Shown piece by piece: positions 50,475 to 64,000 of a stretch of DNA of 64,000 nt. The translations under genes were made by a program, and so were the position numbers. Each line of letters opens with the position of its first letter. Position 1 is the first letter of the stretch. The DNA comes from Amoebidium appalachense (lineage: Eukaryota > Protista > Ichthyosporea): positions 10,640,469-10,704,468 of the forward strand of contig CAVNZM010000009.1 in assembly GCA_963693365.1 (NCBI GenBank), given 5' to 3'. Under the pieces are notes generated by a model that saw only the letters and a list, made by a program, of their open reading frames with translations, searched no databases and was not told the origin of the DNA.

Positions 50475-51551
50475 GGGGAAGTCTTTTTTCTTTATTCTTT
50501 TTTTCCCCTTGGCCCTTTCCTCTATAAAAGGTATTAGAGGGATAAAAGGAAGGGGTGGCTTACAGCAAACATATGGCGGCACATTTCGTTCCTGACCAGG
50601 GCCATGAGGGAGGGATAGCGCGGGAAAGAGGCCCCGGCAATCTCAATGGCCACCGTCAAAAGCTGCGGGGGTAGGAGGTTAAAGGTAAATATGAGGGGGG
50701 CTGGAGGGGTTGATGGGCAGGGGTGATGGGTGGGTTGGAATGCAAGACGTGGCTAACACAGAAAGTGTCACGAGCATGCACAGATGACAATATGACAAGA
50801 GAGAGCACAACACAGCACATGATCACGTGACAAATGCACACACCGTGCACCCACAGTTTCACACAAACTGCCATGCACACTACCAACCAAACGACCCCAA
50901 AATTTAGAAGATCACTGACACGCGGTATTCACTTAACCAGAACGATCGGGAAGTGCATCAAGATCCCCGGATTTTGCCCATACACGGCTAAAAATGCCCA
51001 GCCCCCACAACCCCAGCCACCAACCAATCAACGTAAGGCCAAAACCCTACCGTGATGCCTAGGCGCACCATTGGGTCTGTGTTTTCAGGGTCGTTGGGGT
51101 TGCACAATGACGTCAGGAAACGGAACAACTCGCGGATGCATGGCAGCCCGTAAGGGGGCCGGGGTGCTGCATGGGGGTGTACGGTTAGGCAGCTGTGTAG
51201 GTGTGGTTACAGCACAGAAAAGAGAAAAAAAGGGCGACAGAATAGGCGCGTGACTATTGACCGCCGGGTGCAAGAAGGGGGGAGGGGGGGAGGTAGAGTG
51301 CGTTTTAGTACAAAGGACACATCCAGAACGAACAGTTCAAGATAGTGCACATGGTAGGCAGAGCACAACATCAAGAGGTGTACCAACAGTGTGACCACAT
51401 CTTCCTATGCCAGCCGACACCAAAACACGCTACCAAAAAAGGCACAGAGCAAAGGGCACCCACACACCTTCCATGTCCAGTTTCTGCTCCGACGGTGTGG
51501 CATCCACCCTGCACCACTAATGTCAGTCCTGACCAGACCTCTGCTTTGAAG

Positions 51552-51582
<31 letters not shown>

Positions 51583-51653
51583 ACCACCACCACCACCACC
51601 ATTCAAATACCACTGCCCCCCTGCCCCCCTTCCACCAGCCAACTCCAGCATCC

Positions 51654-51693
<40 letters not shown>

Positions 51694-52470
51694 CCCAAAA
51701 AAAAAAAAAAAAAAAGAAAAGAAAAAAATATACAATTTATCACACGTGGCCAAATAATGTTTTGCCTATGGATGGCAACATGTAGACATGCAGAGCAACA
51801 GCTGAAAGGTATGTGCCATCGCTTAATGGTCTCTCTGGGTGTTTCGGGCCGGGCCGGGCCAAGACCGACCCGATGTGCAAGTCCAGTGAGTGGACGCTGG
51901 GGCGCTTGACGACCCCATCGACCGTCTCTATCAGCACCTGGCTGCATGCACACAGTGGTTACCAAATTAGGAAATAGCCATATATGGGGGGCACTCACCC
52001 CCACACTGTGGCCCCCTCCCGCGGCACGTCCATATCCATCCTGCTAGGGCAACAGTCAACTAACCTTCTCCCTCCCTCCCCCTCGCTCCAACTTCAAAAA
52101 AAAAAAAAAAGAGAAAAAAAAGAAAGAAACAAAATAGGAAAAAAATGTTACGAGGAAAAAAATATTACCACACACACACAAAAAAGAACGAAACATACAA
52201 TACCACTAGTCCCCTTCCCTCCGTTGCAGATCTAACCTCCCCCCCCCTTCCATTATAATGTTCATTTTTGCTCCTCTCCCTCCTCCACCCCAGCACTTAG
52301 ACGGTGCCATAGATTTTCACTGGTCATTGCCAACACCCGCCCCTGGTGGGTACAACACATGCTGATGCATATGGACCATACATCACACCCTGCCTATGGT
52401 TTGCATGAGGACGAGGGAGGAGGGGGGGAAAGGGGGGGGAGGGGGGAGGGGGACACGCAAACGCGCACAG

Positions 52471-52515
<45 letters not shown>

Positions 52516-52595
52516 CAGGCAGGGAGGCAGGCAGGCACGCACGCACATGTGCACACACACACGCGCACACGCACCCACACACGCGCGCGCACATG

Positions 52596-52689
<94 letters not shown>

Positions 52690-53090
52690 TACCCGTCCTC
52701 GTCGTATGCCGGGGGCATGCCGTTTGTCGGTGGCTTCAACTCCTCCGCCTCTTTCTTCTTTGCTGCCCCCACATCCTCCTTCCCCTCTCCCCCCTCCGTC
52801 TCTTTTTTGTCCTCCCCCCTCCTCTCCCTCCCCCTCCTCCTCCTCCCCATCCATTCTGTCTTTGGCCTTCGAGTTCAAATCCTCCTCCGACTGTGTGTGT
52901 GCCTGTGTTCGACCCTTTCCCGTTAGAACATACATTCGCGCATATATTCACCCTCACCCACCGTCCCCCCCCCCCTCCTCCTCCTCACACACACACACAC
53001 ACAACTACCATCACAACAACATACACGCATATTACACCCGACATCCCATGCATTAAAGTGTTAAAAAGGTCGTAGTTCTGTGTGTAGTCC

Positions 53091-53172
<82 letters not shown>

Positions 53173-53194
53173 GTTGTGTGTGTGTGTGTTTGCG

Positions 53195-53271
<77 letters not shown>

Positions 53272-53453
53272 ACACGAACACGCTCTACTGTTATCTCTAT
53301 CCAGTTTCCCCTCCCCTCCATCCCCTGTCCCCCCCTATCTCTTCCAGTGCGCACCTTCTCAATGACAGCCCCACCCCCCTGTGGCCCCTTGAGTATGTCG
53401 TGCATGTTGGCTGGCTCAACTGCCTCCTCCCGGAATTCATCGAGCCTGGGGAA

Positions 53454-53484
<31 letters not shown>

Positions 53485-53831
53485 GGAGGTCAGCCCGAAA
53501 GAGAAGGGGGGGGGGGGGGGGGGGGGGAGGGAGGGAGGGAGGGAGGGAGGAAGGAAGGGAGAGAGGGGAGAAGGGGGGGCCAGGGGGGCGGGGGACGGAG
53601 AGGGAGAGGAAGGGCAAGGGGGGGGGGGGGAAGATAGGGAGAGGGCATTTAAGGGGAAAGGGGGAAGGGTTGCCAAGAAGAGAAAGTGTGCTTAATCTGG
53701 GCCACAAGCGCCATTCCTCTGTCTTGGGCTCACACACAGCCACACTGGATGTGACGGTGTGTGATTGCAATGGGTGTGGGTCTGCTTCGGTATGTGCAAT
53801 GAGATAAAAAACGAGACGGAAACGACAGGGG

Positions 53832-53922
<91 letters not shown>

Positions 53923-54854
53923 TGGTGGGGGTGGGTGGTGGGTGGGGGAGGGGGAGGGGGGAGGGGGGGAAAGTACAAAGATACGCCCAAACCAATACAG
54001 GATGTAACTTAGCAAAACCAAAACACAGAAAGAGACACCGAGACACAATGCGGGGAGAGTTATTGCCCTGCACCTTCTAAACAGGCGCACAACCATGTCG
54101 AAAAGTGTCTGCTCGGCACATCGGCGCAAAAGCACTGCAGGGGGGGAGGAGGGGGGGAGGGGAGGGGGGGGGGGGGGGGGGGGGGTATTAGGGATGTGTC
54201 AGCAGGTTGTGCGGAATGACATTGGCTGCGTGCAACCAGTACCATACCGAAATATGCGTTGCCTTTAGGGTTAAACAATGCCTCACATACCCATTATTAG
54301 CTTATGTGCACAAATGCATGCATGAACAGATGCTAGCGGCACAAGAACACACACACAGCCACACAACCACTGATGTCAAGGTACACACCCATAACAAGCA
54401 TACTATACACTCAGCGATTTCACAACACAGGTGCATCAACATCTAGGCGCACACCTCAACTTAACCCCCCTCGTATGCAAGTTTCCGCAATATCACCCTC
54501 AACAAGCCAACCATGACAAAACTGGGTACCGCTAACTTTAAAAAAAAAAGAGAAAGGGAGGAGTGTGGGCACACGAGAGAACGGGGTGTGCCATGTTATG
54601 CACCTCCTGTCCTAGCAATGCAAAACGAAAGGAAGAAAACGGGTTGATGTTTGGGCGGAGAGGGGCTGCTTACTGCTCAGTCGTGTCCGTGAGCTAATGC
54701 GGAACACCGCCTGTGTGGGAAATATGGTGTCGGTATGTGGCAGTGGTAAAACCAGCACACTTGATTGCATGCAACCAAACCCCATTTACACACGTGCACA
54801 AGCACACACACACACACACACCCTACCCTTCCCTCCGTACCCCCCCCCCCCCCC

Positions 54855-54898
<44 letters not shown>

Positions 54899-55782
54899 CA
54901 CACACATATCACACCCATGCCCTCAACACACACCTTTCTGTACCACACACAGGCATGCAACCCCTTCTCCAACCCCTTCCCCTCCCTCAGAAAAAGACTC
55001 CCCCCCCCCCCCCCCCCCCCCAACCCCACACACCCACACACACACACCTGGATCATCTCACACACGGCCTCATCAGGCAGGCAGTCTCCTACGGGAAGCA
55101 GCAAAATCGACCTCAGAACCTGTGACCACAGTCAGCAAAAAGCAGATTAGAAGGGGGAAGAAATTGGGGGGCGGGGGGGGGGGAGTCACTAGTGTGACAT
55201 GGGGGAAAAAGTGATATATGCATACAGAGGGGCATGTGCCCTCGATGTCTTTGGATGTTACATGGAGACACTAGTCCTCACACCTGAATCTCAAATGTGT
55301 CCACAGAAAAAACGTTGGGCAACATCTTAGGGGGCATTGGGACGTAGTGGCTGCATAGGTGGTTTGCTTGGAGTATACTAGTGTGCACTCCTGTCTGTGC
55401 GCGTGAATGGTCGCATGTGTGCCCTTTCCTTCGTTTCTTTCTCTTCTTTCGACCTGTCTTTCTCCTTCCTTTCCTCTTGTTCTATATTGCTTTGCCTCAT
55501 TCCTGCCTTCCTCTCTCTTCTCCCTTCCTGTTTTTCTCCTTTCATTCCTTTCATTCTATTTTACTTCATTTCTTCATTACATAATACGACAATTATTTTA
55601 TTAGATAATTTTTAAATAATTTCAATTTTTTAGCCCCAATACAAGCTATAAATTAATTTTAACATACCTGCAGCAGCTTCATGAGCACCACCTCGTCACT
55701 ATCCACGTCAGTAAACACAAAGCGGGTGTGCGTCACCGCATTGGCAATGTTGGAGATGGCCTTTTCAAGGTTGCGTGCACCC

Positions 55783-55833
<51 letters not shown>

Positions 55834-56063
55834 GCGTGCGTGTGCGCGCGGCATGTGCGGGCATGTGCGGCGTGCGGGTGCAAATGCGTGTTTCAGGGAG
55901 GGGATGGTGGTGGGACGGGGGGGAGGGGGGGGGGGGTTGTTAGAATATTCTGTGTGCTTGCCAGAGTGAGGCAGGTTGGTGGTGGTGGTGTAGGGGTGCA
56001 TTCGTGTGTGCCAGTGGTGTCGGAAAACTTTAGCGAGTGACAAGGGCGAGGGAGGAGGGAGGG

Positions 56064-56097
<34 letters not shown>

Positions 56098-56705
56098 GGA
56101 GTCGATGTGGGTCCATGTGCCTGCTTGAACGTGCACTCGGGTGAGATATGGGGAGTGGTGCACATGCTTGTGTGTGTGCAGGCTGGAAGCCCAACTCTTC
56201 AAAGGTGTAGAAATAAGGTTCAAACCAGTAACTCCATGAGTGTATATGCGTGTGCCTGCATGCCACAACCACCGGCACACCCAAGCACGTGCACACCCAA
56301 GCACGTGCACACCCAACAACGTGAACACGTGCATGCACGTGCACATACCCAGGGTGTTGTATGTGAGGAATTTGTTGACGGACGAGAGGGCCACCCCTGT
56401 GATTGGTCCCGATGTGTTCTCGCAGGTGATAACTTCCAAAAAAGGATACACCAGCGTCATCGCATCCACCTCCTCCGTGCCTGCATCCCTTAGGGTCAAC
56501 ATGCAATCTCTTTGCCTCTCCCAAATCCCCCCCTTCCCCTTACCTTAGATGTCATATGCACCCTGTGCTCATAAATGCTACCAAAGATGTTTCATGCCAA
56601 CCCATATCCCCCCCCCCCCCCCCCCCCTTCCCCCTTCCCCATCCCCTGCCCTCCGTTGCAGAATCCAAACCCCCCTCCCCCCACGCGCTCTCCCTCCTCC
56701 CCCAC

Positions 56706-56749
<44 letters not shown>

Positions 56750-57184
56750 ATACACACACACAACCACCCACCAGCCCCCCCCCCCCCCCCCTCCTTCAAT
56801 CCCCTCACACAACCTTCATATCGAAACCCAACCCCTCCACCCTCCACCCCCACACATTACTTCCCCCGCGGCTCAACCACCCCCCCCGTCCCCCCCCCCC
56901 ACCAAGCCCCTCCACATACACACACACCAACCCGCCCACCCCTTCACGCACTCTTAGTTGTTGCCAGCAGTGCCTTGAGCTGTTTGAAATTCTGCAGCAG
57001 TGGGTCCTCCTCTCCCTGAAAATAGGCCATGTCATCTCAGAACCCAACACACACACACAGACACGTACACGCATGCACACGCACATACACACACATGGAC
57101 GCATACAAGCACACACAAACAGACACATTGATGACAACCGCGTGCAACAGTAGTTAGCCCAGAGCGTGCAGCCGTATACAGTAC

Positions 57185-57251
<67 letters not shown>

Positions 57252-58020
57252 GTCGAGAGGGTGGGGGGGGGGGGGGGGAGGGGGCAGCAAGGGAGACGGG
57301 GGAGTTGGTGGTGGTGGAAAAACTGGCAGGCAGAGGGGGGGGGGGGGGGGGGGGGGAGGGGAGGGGGAGGGGGGGGGGGTTTTGAATGCGGAACACGGTA
57401 CAAAGTACGCATACACGACGAGAAGCATGGTGCAGGACACATGCAAAGGCAAACATTCAAGTATGCAACATCAGCCATGTGCACAGTATGCGTCATAAGC
57501 AGAGCCCATCCTCAGGGAGGACCCAAGTCATCAATTGCGTCTGAGTTTCGACCCCTTAGCCCGCGTATATACGACACTCCAACTCAGAGGGGGGGGGGGG
57601 GGGGGGGGGGGGGGGGAGGGGGAGGGGGGGGGGGGGGGGGGGGGGGGAGGAGCCAAAGGTCCGTGGGCAGGAAGTGTGCCGGTGTGTATCTGTTGGTGTA
57701 AAATGTAGTTTACATGCGCTTACGTGTGTGCATATAATCGCTTGAATGTGTGTTTCAATTCTGATGTGTCCGTTAAACCTTTCCTATTCGTGCTGTGTCT
57801 ATGAATTGGAACGTGTGCACAGACATGTAACGAAAGGTTTGTCCAGTTGGTTTGTGCCTGCTTTCATGTGCATGCCATTGCCTGTGGTTGTGTGGGTGTA
57901 TGCATGTGCATTCCTGTATGCGTTAACCTCGTCGGCGTGTATGTGTGTGTCAGTGCACGAGCGCGCGCGTGAGTGTGCTAGCGACCACACGTGCGTGTGT
58001 GTGTGTGTGTGTGCCTGCGC

Positions 58021-58093
<73 letters not shown>

Positions 58094-58692
58094 TCTGTGC
58101 GCGCATGCCCTGAATGTGTGTGCGTGCATGTGCCTACCTGGTGGTGCAGGGAGGCCCAGCGTGCATTGCGTCGCATGTTCGACACCACCACGTACACCTC
58201 CCCCTGCACCCCCACACGTTAGACCCCCCATCCCCACCTCCCCATCCCCCATCCCCGCTCTTCCCCCTCCTCCTCCCCCTCCCCCCTTCGGCCCCCTTTC
58301 TCCCCCCCCCCCCCAACCATCCCTACCGGCCCACACTCCCACCCACCACCAATCCCATCAACCCTTCATCCTGCGTTGTCCCCACTTCCCTGTAGCAGTC
58401 CACTCCCAGGTCAGGCCAACCATACCCCCTCAGCCTCTCCATACCCCCCCTTTTCCCCCTTCCCCTCTGCCGATGCCGTTCAGGGAGTTCCGACATATTG
58501 AAAAAAAAAGGGGGGGGAAGAAAGGAACAAGGGGGCTAGGGTGGTGGGGGGGTGGGGGGAGGGGGAAAGGGGAGGGGGGGGGGGGGGGACCAAAAGTAAG
58601 CCCCTTCTGTTACCTTTCCGCCTCTAACCCCAGAGCCCGAATATATATCACGAAAAGGGTCTGTGCGCGCAATCACACCACACATACATACA

Positions 58693-58736
<44 letters not shown>

Positions 58737-58829
58737 AACAAACACACACACACACACACACACACGTACCTGTATGACGTGCAGGGGGTTGGCCCCTATG
58801 AGCCCAGGCTTTGTCTGGTCGGTGGCCAT
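30286..58829 (-). CDS. GBF1: Golgi brefeldin A-resistant ARF guanine-nucleotide exchange factor (Sec7 domain), ~45-50 exons
   Basis: Start ATG 58829; stop 30286. Recognisable exon peptides: SNMRRNARW (58138-58203), [23 protein letters not shown] (56349-56480), [17 protein letters not shown] (55668-55783), [14 protein letters not shown] (~51051-51155), ELYVNYDC (~48913-49011), [13 protein letters not shown] (47359-47518), Sec7 FR|LPGEAQII (46244-46358 and 45583-45645), [15 protein letters not shown] (44600-44690), [11 protein letters not shown] (41373-41491), ESVPESLK (32158-32249). A few exons in 51200-52900 and 35100-36000 are not resolved, and two exons have homopolymer frameshifts. Confidence 0.93.
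31820..31945 (-). mobile_element. Degraded 3' fragment of the structured-RNA element
   Basis: GTTAGAATGTG..ACGAAG..ACGGACA and AGAGTATGCAT..AAG..GAGCCCATCCTC blocks separated by A/G runs. Confidence 0.55.
32281..32563 (-). mobile_element. Structured-RNA SINE-like element, long copy B, forming a GBF1 intron 3' end
   Basis: Minus strand ends GCATTCAAA-(C)~29-AG|exon (acceptor 32250-32252). Near-identical to 57381-57586. Confidence 0.75.
33510..33841. repeat. 10/11-bp minisatellite (GCACATGCTA / GCACATGCAA / GCACATGCTTA)
   Basis: About 30 units in variant blocks inside a GBF1 intron. Confidence 0.9.
40530..40654. repeat. 19-bp minisatellite (GTGCACACAGTACTAGTAT), ~6.5 copies
   Basis: Seen directly in the sequence. 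Confidence 0.9.
45031..45463. repeat. ~230-bp intronic tandem duplication
   Basis: GTGTCAATAAAGCGGCAACTGCG...AAAATAAAGAGAAGAC at 45031 and 45262. Confidence 0.85.
45742..45944 (+). mobile_element. ~200-bp MITE-like repeat (hAT-like TGTTA...TAACA ends), copy 1
   Basis: Inverted homologue at 50188-50392. Confidence 0.6.
46678..46822 (-). repeat. 29-bp tandem repeat (5 copies) spanning a GBF1 5' splice site
   Basis: Minus-strand unit AAGGCAAAGATAG|GTAAAACACTGGGCAT. The first copy overlaps the exon ending ..LDKAKI. Confidence 0.9.
50188..50392 (-). mobile_element. ~200-bp MITE-like repeat, copy 2
   Basis: Reverse complement of 45742-45944 (e.g. TTTACGCGCCATTTTTGGCAGGTGGCTAACCATAAAA). Confidence 0.6.
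57381..57586 (-). mobile_element. Structured-RNA element, 5'-truncated copy D, within a poly-G tract
   Basis: About 5 mismatches versus 32281-32486; G runs on both sides. Confidence 0.75.
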
Positions 58830-58887
58830 GGTAACGTCCTCAGAGGGCCACACCGGCCCACTGACTGGCAGGGGTGCAGGGGTAAGT

Positions 58888-58921
<34 letters not shown>

Positions 58922-60125
58922 TGTGTGTGTGTGTCTGTGTGTGTGTGTGTGTGAATGTGTATGTTTGTGTGTGTGCGTGTGTGCGTGTGCGTGTGTTGTG
59001 TTTGTGCATTGGTGTGTGAGTGTGTGTGCGTGCGTGCGTGTGTGCGTGCTTATGTGTGTATGTTTGTGTTTTTGTGTGTATGTGTGTGTGTGTGCACGCG
59101 CGCGCCTGCATGTGTGCGTGGGATGCTCCTGCAGGCAAATTGGTACTCTCGCCTGTGTGTGCAGGTGTGTGATTCTACAGAATGACTGTGCTTGTGTTTC
59201 TAGATCTGTGCTTGCCTATGCGTGCCCCCTTGTGTGCGTGTATGTGCTCAGGTGTCCCTTCATTTCCAGAGCTCTTCCCTATTTCCTGCGCATGTTTGCG
59301 TGTTTCCTGCGTTTGTCCCGCGCGCATGCTTGTCATCATGTAGGCCTGGGCGTATGGTGTGTGCTGTGCCTCACTAGGTGTGGCATCTGTGTGTACCATG
59401 TACAAAGATGCGCCGTTCTGTTTTTCATTTGTGCCAAAAAGTCTTAATCTACATGCGTGCTTGAGCCACCAAATACACACCCTCTCAGCCTAACGTCACA
59501 AAAACATTCTTCAGCCTAACTTTCGCCCGTTGCCAAGCAACCTGCCTGCTCAGCGAGTTTGCGAGAGCACACGAATGCACATCGGCCCTCCCTTCCTTCC
59601 CATTCCCCTACATACCCGATTGTGTGAAATGCGCAGCAGCTACTTACTACTATGGGTACCGTGGCTGTAACTCTTCAAGTTTGCGCTTTTCTGCGCTTGA
59701 ACATGCACTTCTTCCTCCCTCAAAAAACATACGGTCACATACAGCCCAAGTGTCACCTTTTTTGTGGGTACAGGACAGAGAGATCTATCGAAATACCATA
59801 TAAAGCTAATCAGGCTCGTTTTGTGTGATTCATGATAACAGCTACTTTAAAACTATAATGTCCCGCATAAAACTTTATTACGAATGTTTCTCCCGTATTT
59901 TAGGATTTAGCGAGAGCACATTTGACCGCATGGAAACAAGGCAGCCAATCGCAGGGCAAAGAGTCAACCAATCAGTAGCCTACACATAGTCATGGGTGAC
60001 ACGGCCCGGCAAGCCCGACCATAACCCCGTTTTTACGGTAAAAAATACCCAGAAACATTTGAAAATACCAACAAAATTTCGGTTCATGGTAAGCCTCCCG
60101 AGGTTTCATGGTAAGACATGGTAAG

Positions 60126-60162
<37 letters not shown>

Positions 60163-60274
60163 CCCGCCCGGCCCCCATGCATATGGCTGCGTATTATAAC
60201 ACAACACATGTGGTAAACCATGATATCATACGTATATAGGCATCACATGATACGGATATTCCAAAGTAGTGGCG

Positions 60275-61745
<1,471 letters not shown>

Positions 61746-62269
61746 CGGGTCGGTGGTTGGGCTGTGGGTACCGGTGTGGATTTGCGTGGTGGGGTCGGAG
61801 TTTGGGCTGCGGGTGTGGATTTGCGTTGGGGGGTTGGTGGTTTGGCTGATGGCGGGGTGATTGCGGGGGATGGTGATTTGGCTGTGGGCGCGGTCGTGTG
61901 TGGGTCTCGAATCTCGGAGGGTGATTTGCTGGCACTGTGTGTGCGTGCAGGGGAAAAAGGCCCTTCTAGATCTGCTAAGGGGCTGGATTCGTTTCCGTCC
62001 TTTGAACTAATGGTGTTTATGGATGACCTAATTCGTGATGGTGAGCAATCTGATTCCTTGTCCTGGTCGGATACCTGACGTGAGGGGCGTGGGTGTGTTG
62101 TCATGCCCGTTTTCTCGGGTTTATTAACTTTCCCTCCGAGAAAAACGGGCAAGAAATCCCCTATAGTGCGTTGTGAAGGTTGCAGCTGCCTGTATCTACG
62201 GTCTGCCTGACCAGTTGAACTTGCAACAGGAGGAGGCCGGGAGGGGCCCGCAGGTATTTTGGGCCCCAT
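61746..62269 (-). other. Ser/Pro/Thr-rich ORF truncated by microsatellite, possibly a retroelement ORF1-like remnant
   Basis: ~175 codons of complex sequence with PTP(P/Q)RKSTP repeats running into (TG)n; no diagnostic motif. Confidence 0.25.
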
Positions 62270-62781
62270 TTCACGACTGCAACAAGCCCTACTGTGTTTC
62301 TGCTCCTAACGTCAGCAGTACAATGCACAACTACATGACAACTGTAACACAAACTGCATGCATCTGCAGGCAGCCTGATCTCGAGATAATTCCTGATACA
62401 TTCGGAAGGGGGCCAACCGGAAGCCAGAAGCAGCAAATGTTAAATCCAATCATTACGATGCTTAATAACCATATATGGCCACCACCATGGAATCGGCCAG
62501 GGCCCGAGTCCGACAAACAGAAAATCGGTACACACTATTACTAAATTTATTGATAGTGCACCTTTTTATTTATAAATATGGGAGGGGTGTACGCCCCATT
62601 ATTTATTTCTTTCTGCCATAGTATTGCTGGAGATTGCTGATGCTATTTATCAACGTTGTTGAGTCCCACTTTGCGTGCGTCGCCATCTATTCAAGTTAGA
62701 TTGACCTGTGCTGGGGCCCGAGAGCTCCAGAGAGCTAAAGGGAGGGAGAGAGCCGAGAGAAAGAGAGAGTCGAGAGACAGA

Positions 62782-62944
<163 letters not shown>

Positions 62945-63099
62945 AGAGAGGGAGAGAGAGAGAGAGAGCGAGAGAGCGAGAGAAAGAAGATATATGGAGA
63001 GAAGGAGAGAGAGAGAGAGACAACCCACACAAACACATATGCACATATATATTATAAAACACGACGCATCACATACACACATCTGCGCGTACGCGCACG

Positions 63100-63896
63100 C
63101 CCCTCGTAAGACATGCCCGCAAGATATGGATCCATAGCCAACTCCCAAGGTTAGATTGCGCAAACAGTGCCCCGCCAAATGACATTTAGCAAAAACGGAA
63201 TTCTCGGTTTCTATAGAGTTTCTTTCTAATGTTTTTACTTTTGTATATTACCCACCATCTATGTCGGTTGTCGAATTGACTCACGAGTTGTCACAGTTAC
63301 CAATGTCCACTGTTATTTTAGGTGATTTTAACACGCGACTCCACCACACAGACACACTGCAAGTGAGTGTCGGGTACCCATCTAAGCCCCCGGAGCGTGC
63401 TATCCCTTTAGCAAGGTATGTCCAAAGTCACACTTTGCGGTTCCCTCAAATATCCCATGCCCACAACACCGACTGGGGAGTGGCCTTTTGGCCATCAACC
63501 ATGTCAAAACTCTCTCTCCCTCCTAACCTCTCTAGGTCATCTGACCACTCTCCTATCCTTTTCCTACCTAAGATCTCCCTTGATCTGCTCCCCCCTCCTC
63601 CTCCCACCTTTCGCCTCCGTCTATCCCAGCTTAAGTCACAGTGGGGTAGAGTTGATGTATGTGTATGCTATGCTACGAAACACCCTATATATATGCGCCT
63701 ATTAGAATCTGCACAAGCCAGGCCAGATTCACATCTCCGAGTCGTACTAGATACATGCACTAACTTTATTGTTGATGGGGTTTACGCTGTTTACTCGAGG
63801 CAAAGAGAACCAGTCTCAGGTATGGGGGGGGGGGGTTTGCTCGGAATATCCCCTCAGCGGTATATCATGATCACGTACATAGATGTCGGGTGGTGA
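63100..63896 (+). pseudogene. Non-LTR retrotransposon (LINE) AP-endonuclease remnant
   Basis: VYYPPS..VILGDFN..SDHSPI motifs typical of APE-type endonucleases; in-frame stops upstream; no reverse transcriptase in the window. Confidence 0.75.
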
Positions 63897-64000
63897 CTAT
63901 ATATCAGGGTTTACTTTCTCTACGAGACACCATAAAGACTACAAGGAGAAATCAATTAGTTGGGGTTCCCCGTTTTTTTTTTTTTTTTTTTTTTTTTTTT

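Overview
Eukaryotic genomic DNA, most likely from an intron-rich unicellular opisthokont (inferred from gene content, not established). It is saturated with (GA)n, (CA/TG)n and poly-G/C tracts, so most ORFs in the supplied six-frame track are artefacts. Four protein-coding genes can be reconstructed by hand, all on the minus strand: a secreted Cys-rich protein (6060-6876), a 10-exon PDCD4 orthologue (12710-22597), a 3-exon RING/TRAF-zinc-finger protein with an FG-rich tail and a RanBP2-type zinc finger (24284-26828), and a roughly 45-50-exon GBF1-type Sec7 ARF-GEF (30286-58829). Mobile DNA includes ~940-bp LTR-like units, several MITEs and a LINE endonuclease remnant. The most unusual observations are: (1) two miniature copia-type LTR elements fused tail-to-tail and flanked by one shared 5-bp target-site duplication; (2) a dispersed ~250-280-nt element with a covarying multi-stem/pseudoknot RNA fold that ends in poly(C), lies sense to the host genes, and in two cases directly forms the intron 3' end; (3) introns polarised with G/(GT)n after donors and C/(CA)n before acceptors. 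No CRISPR array, rRNA or tRNA gene was seen. Homopolymer frameshifts in exons suggest long-read consensus errors. All coordinates were read by eye and may be off by a few bases.
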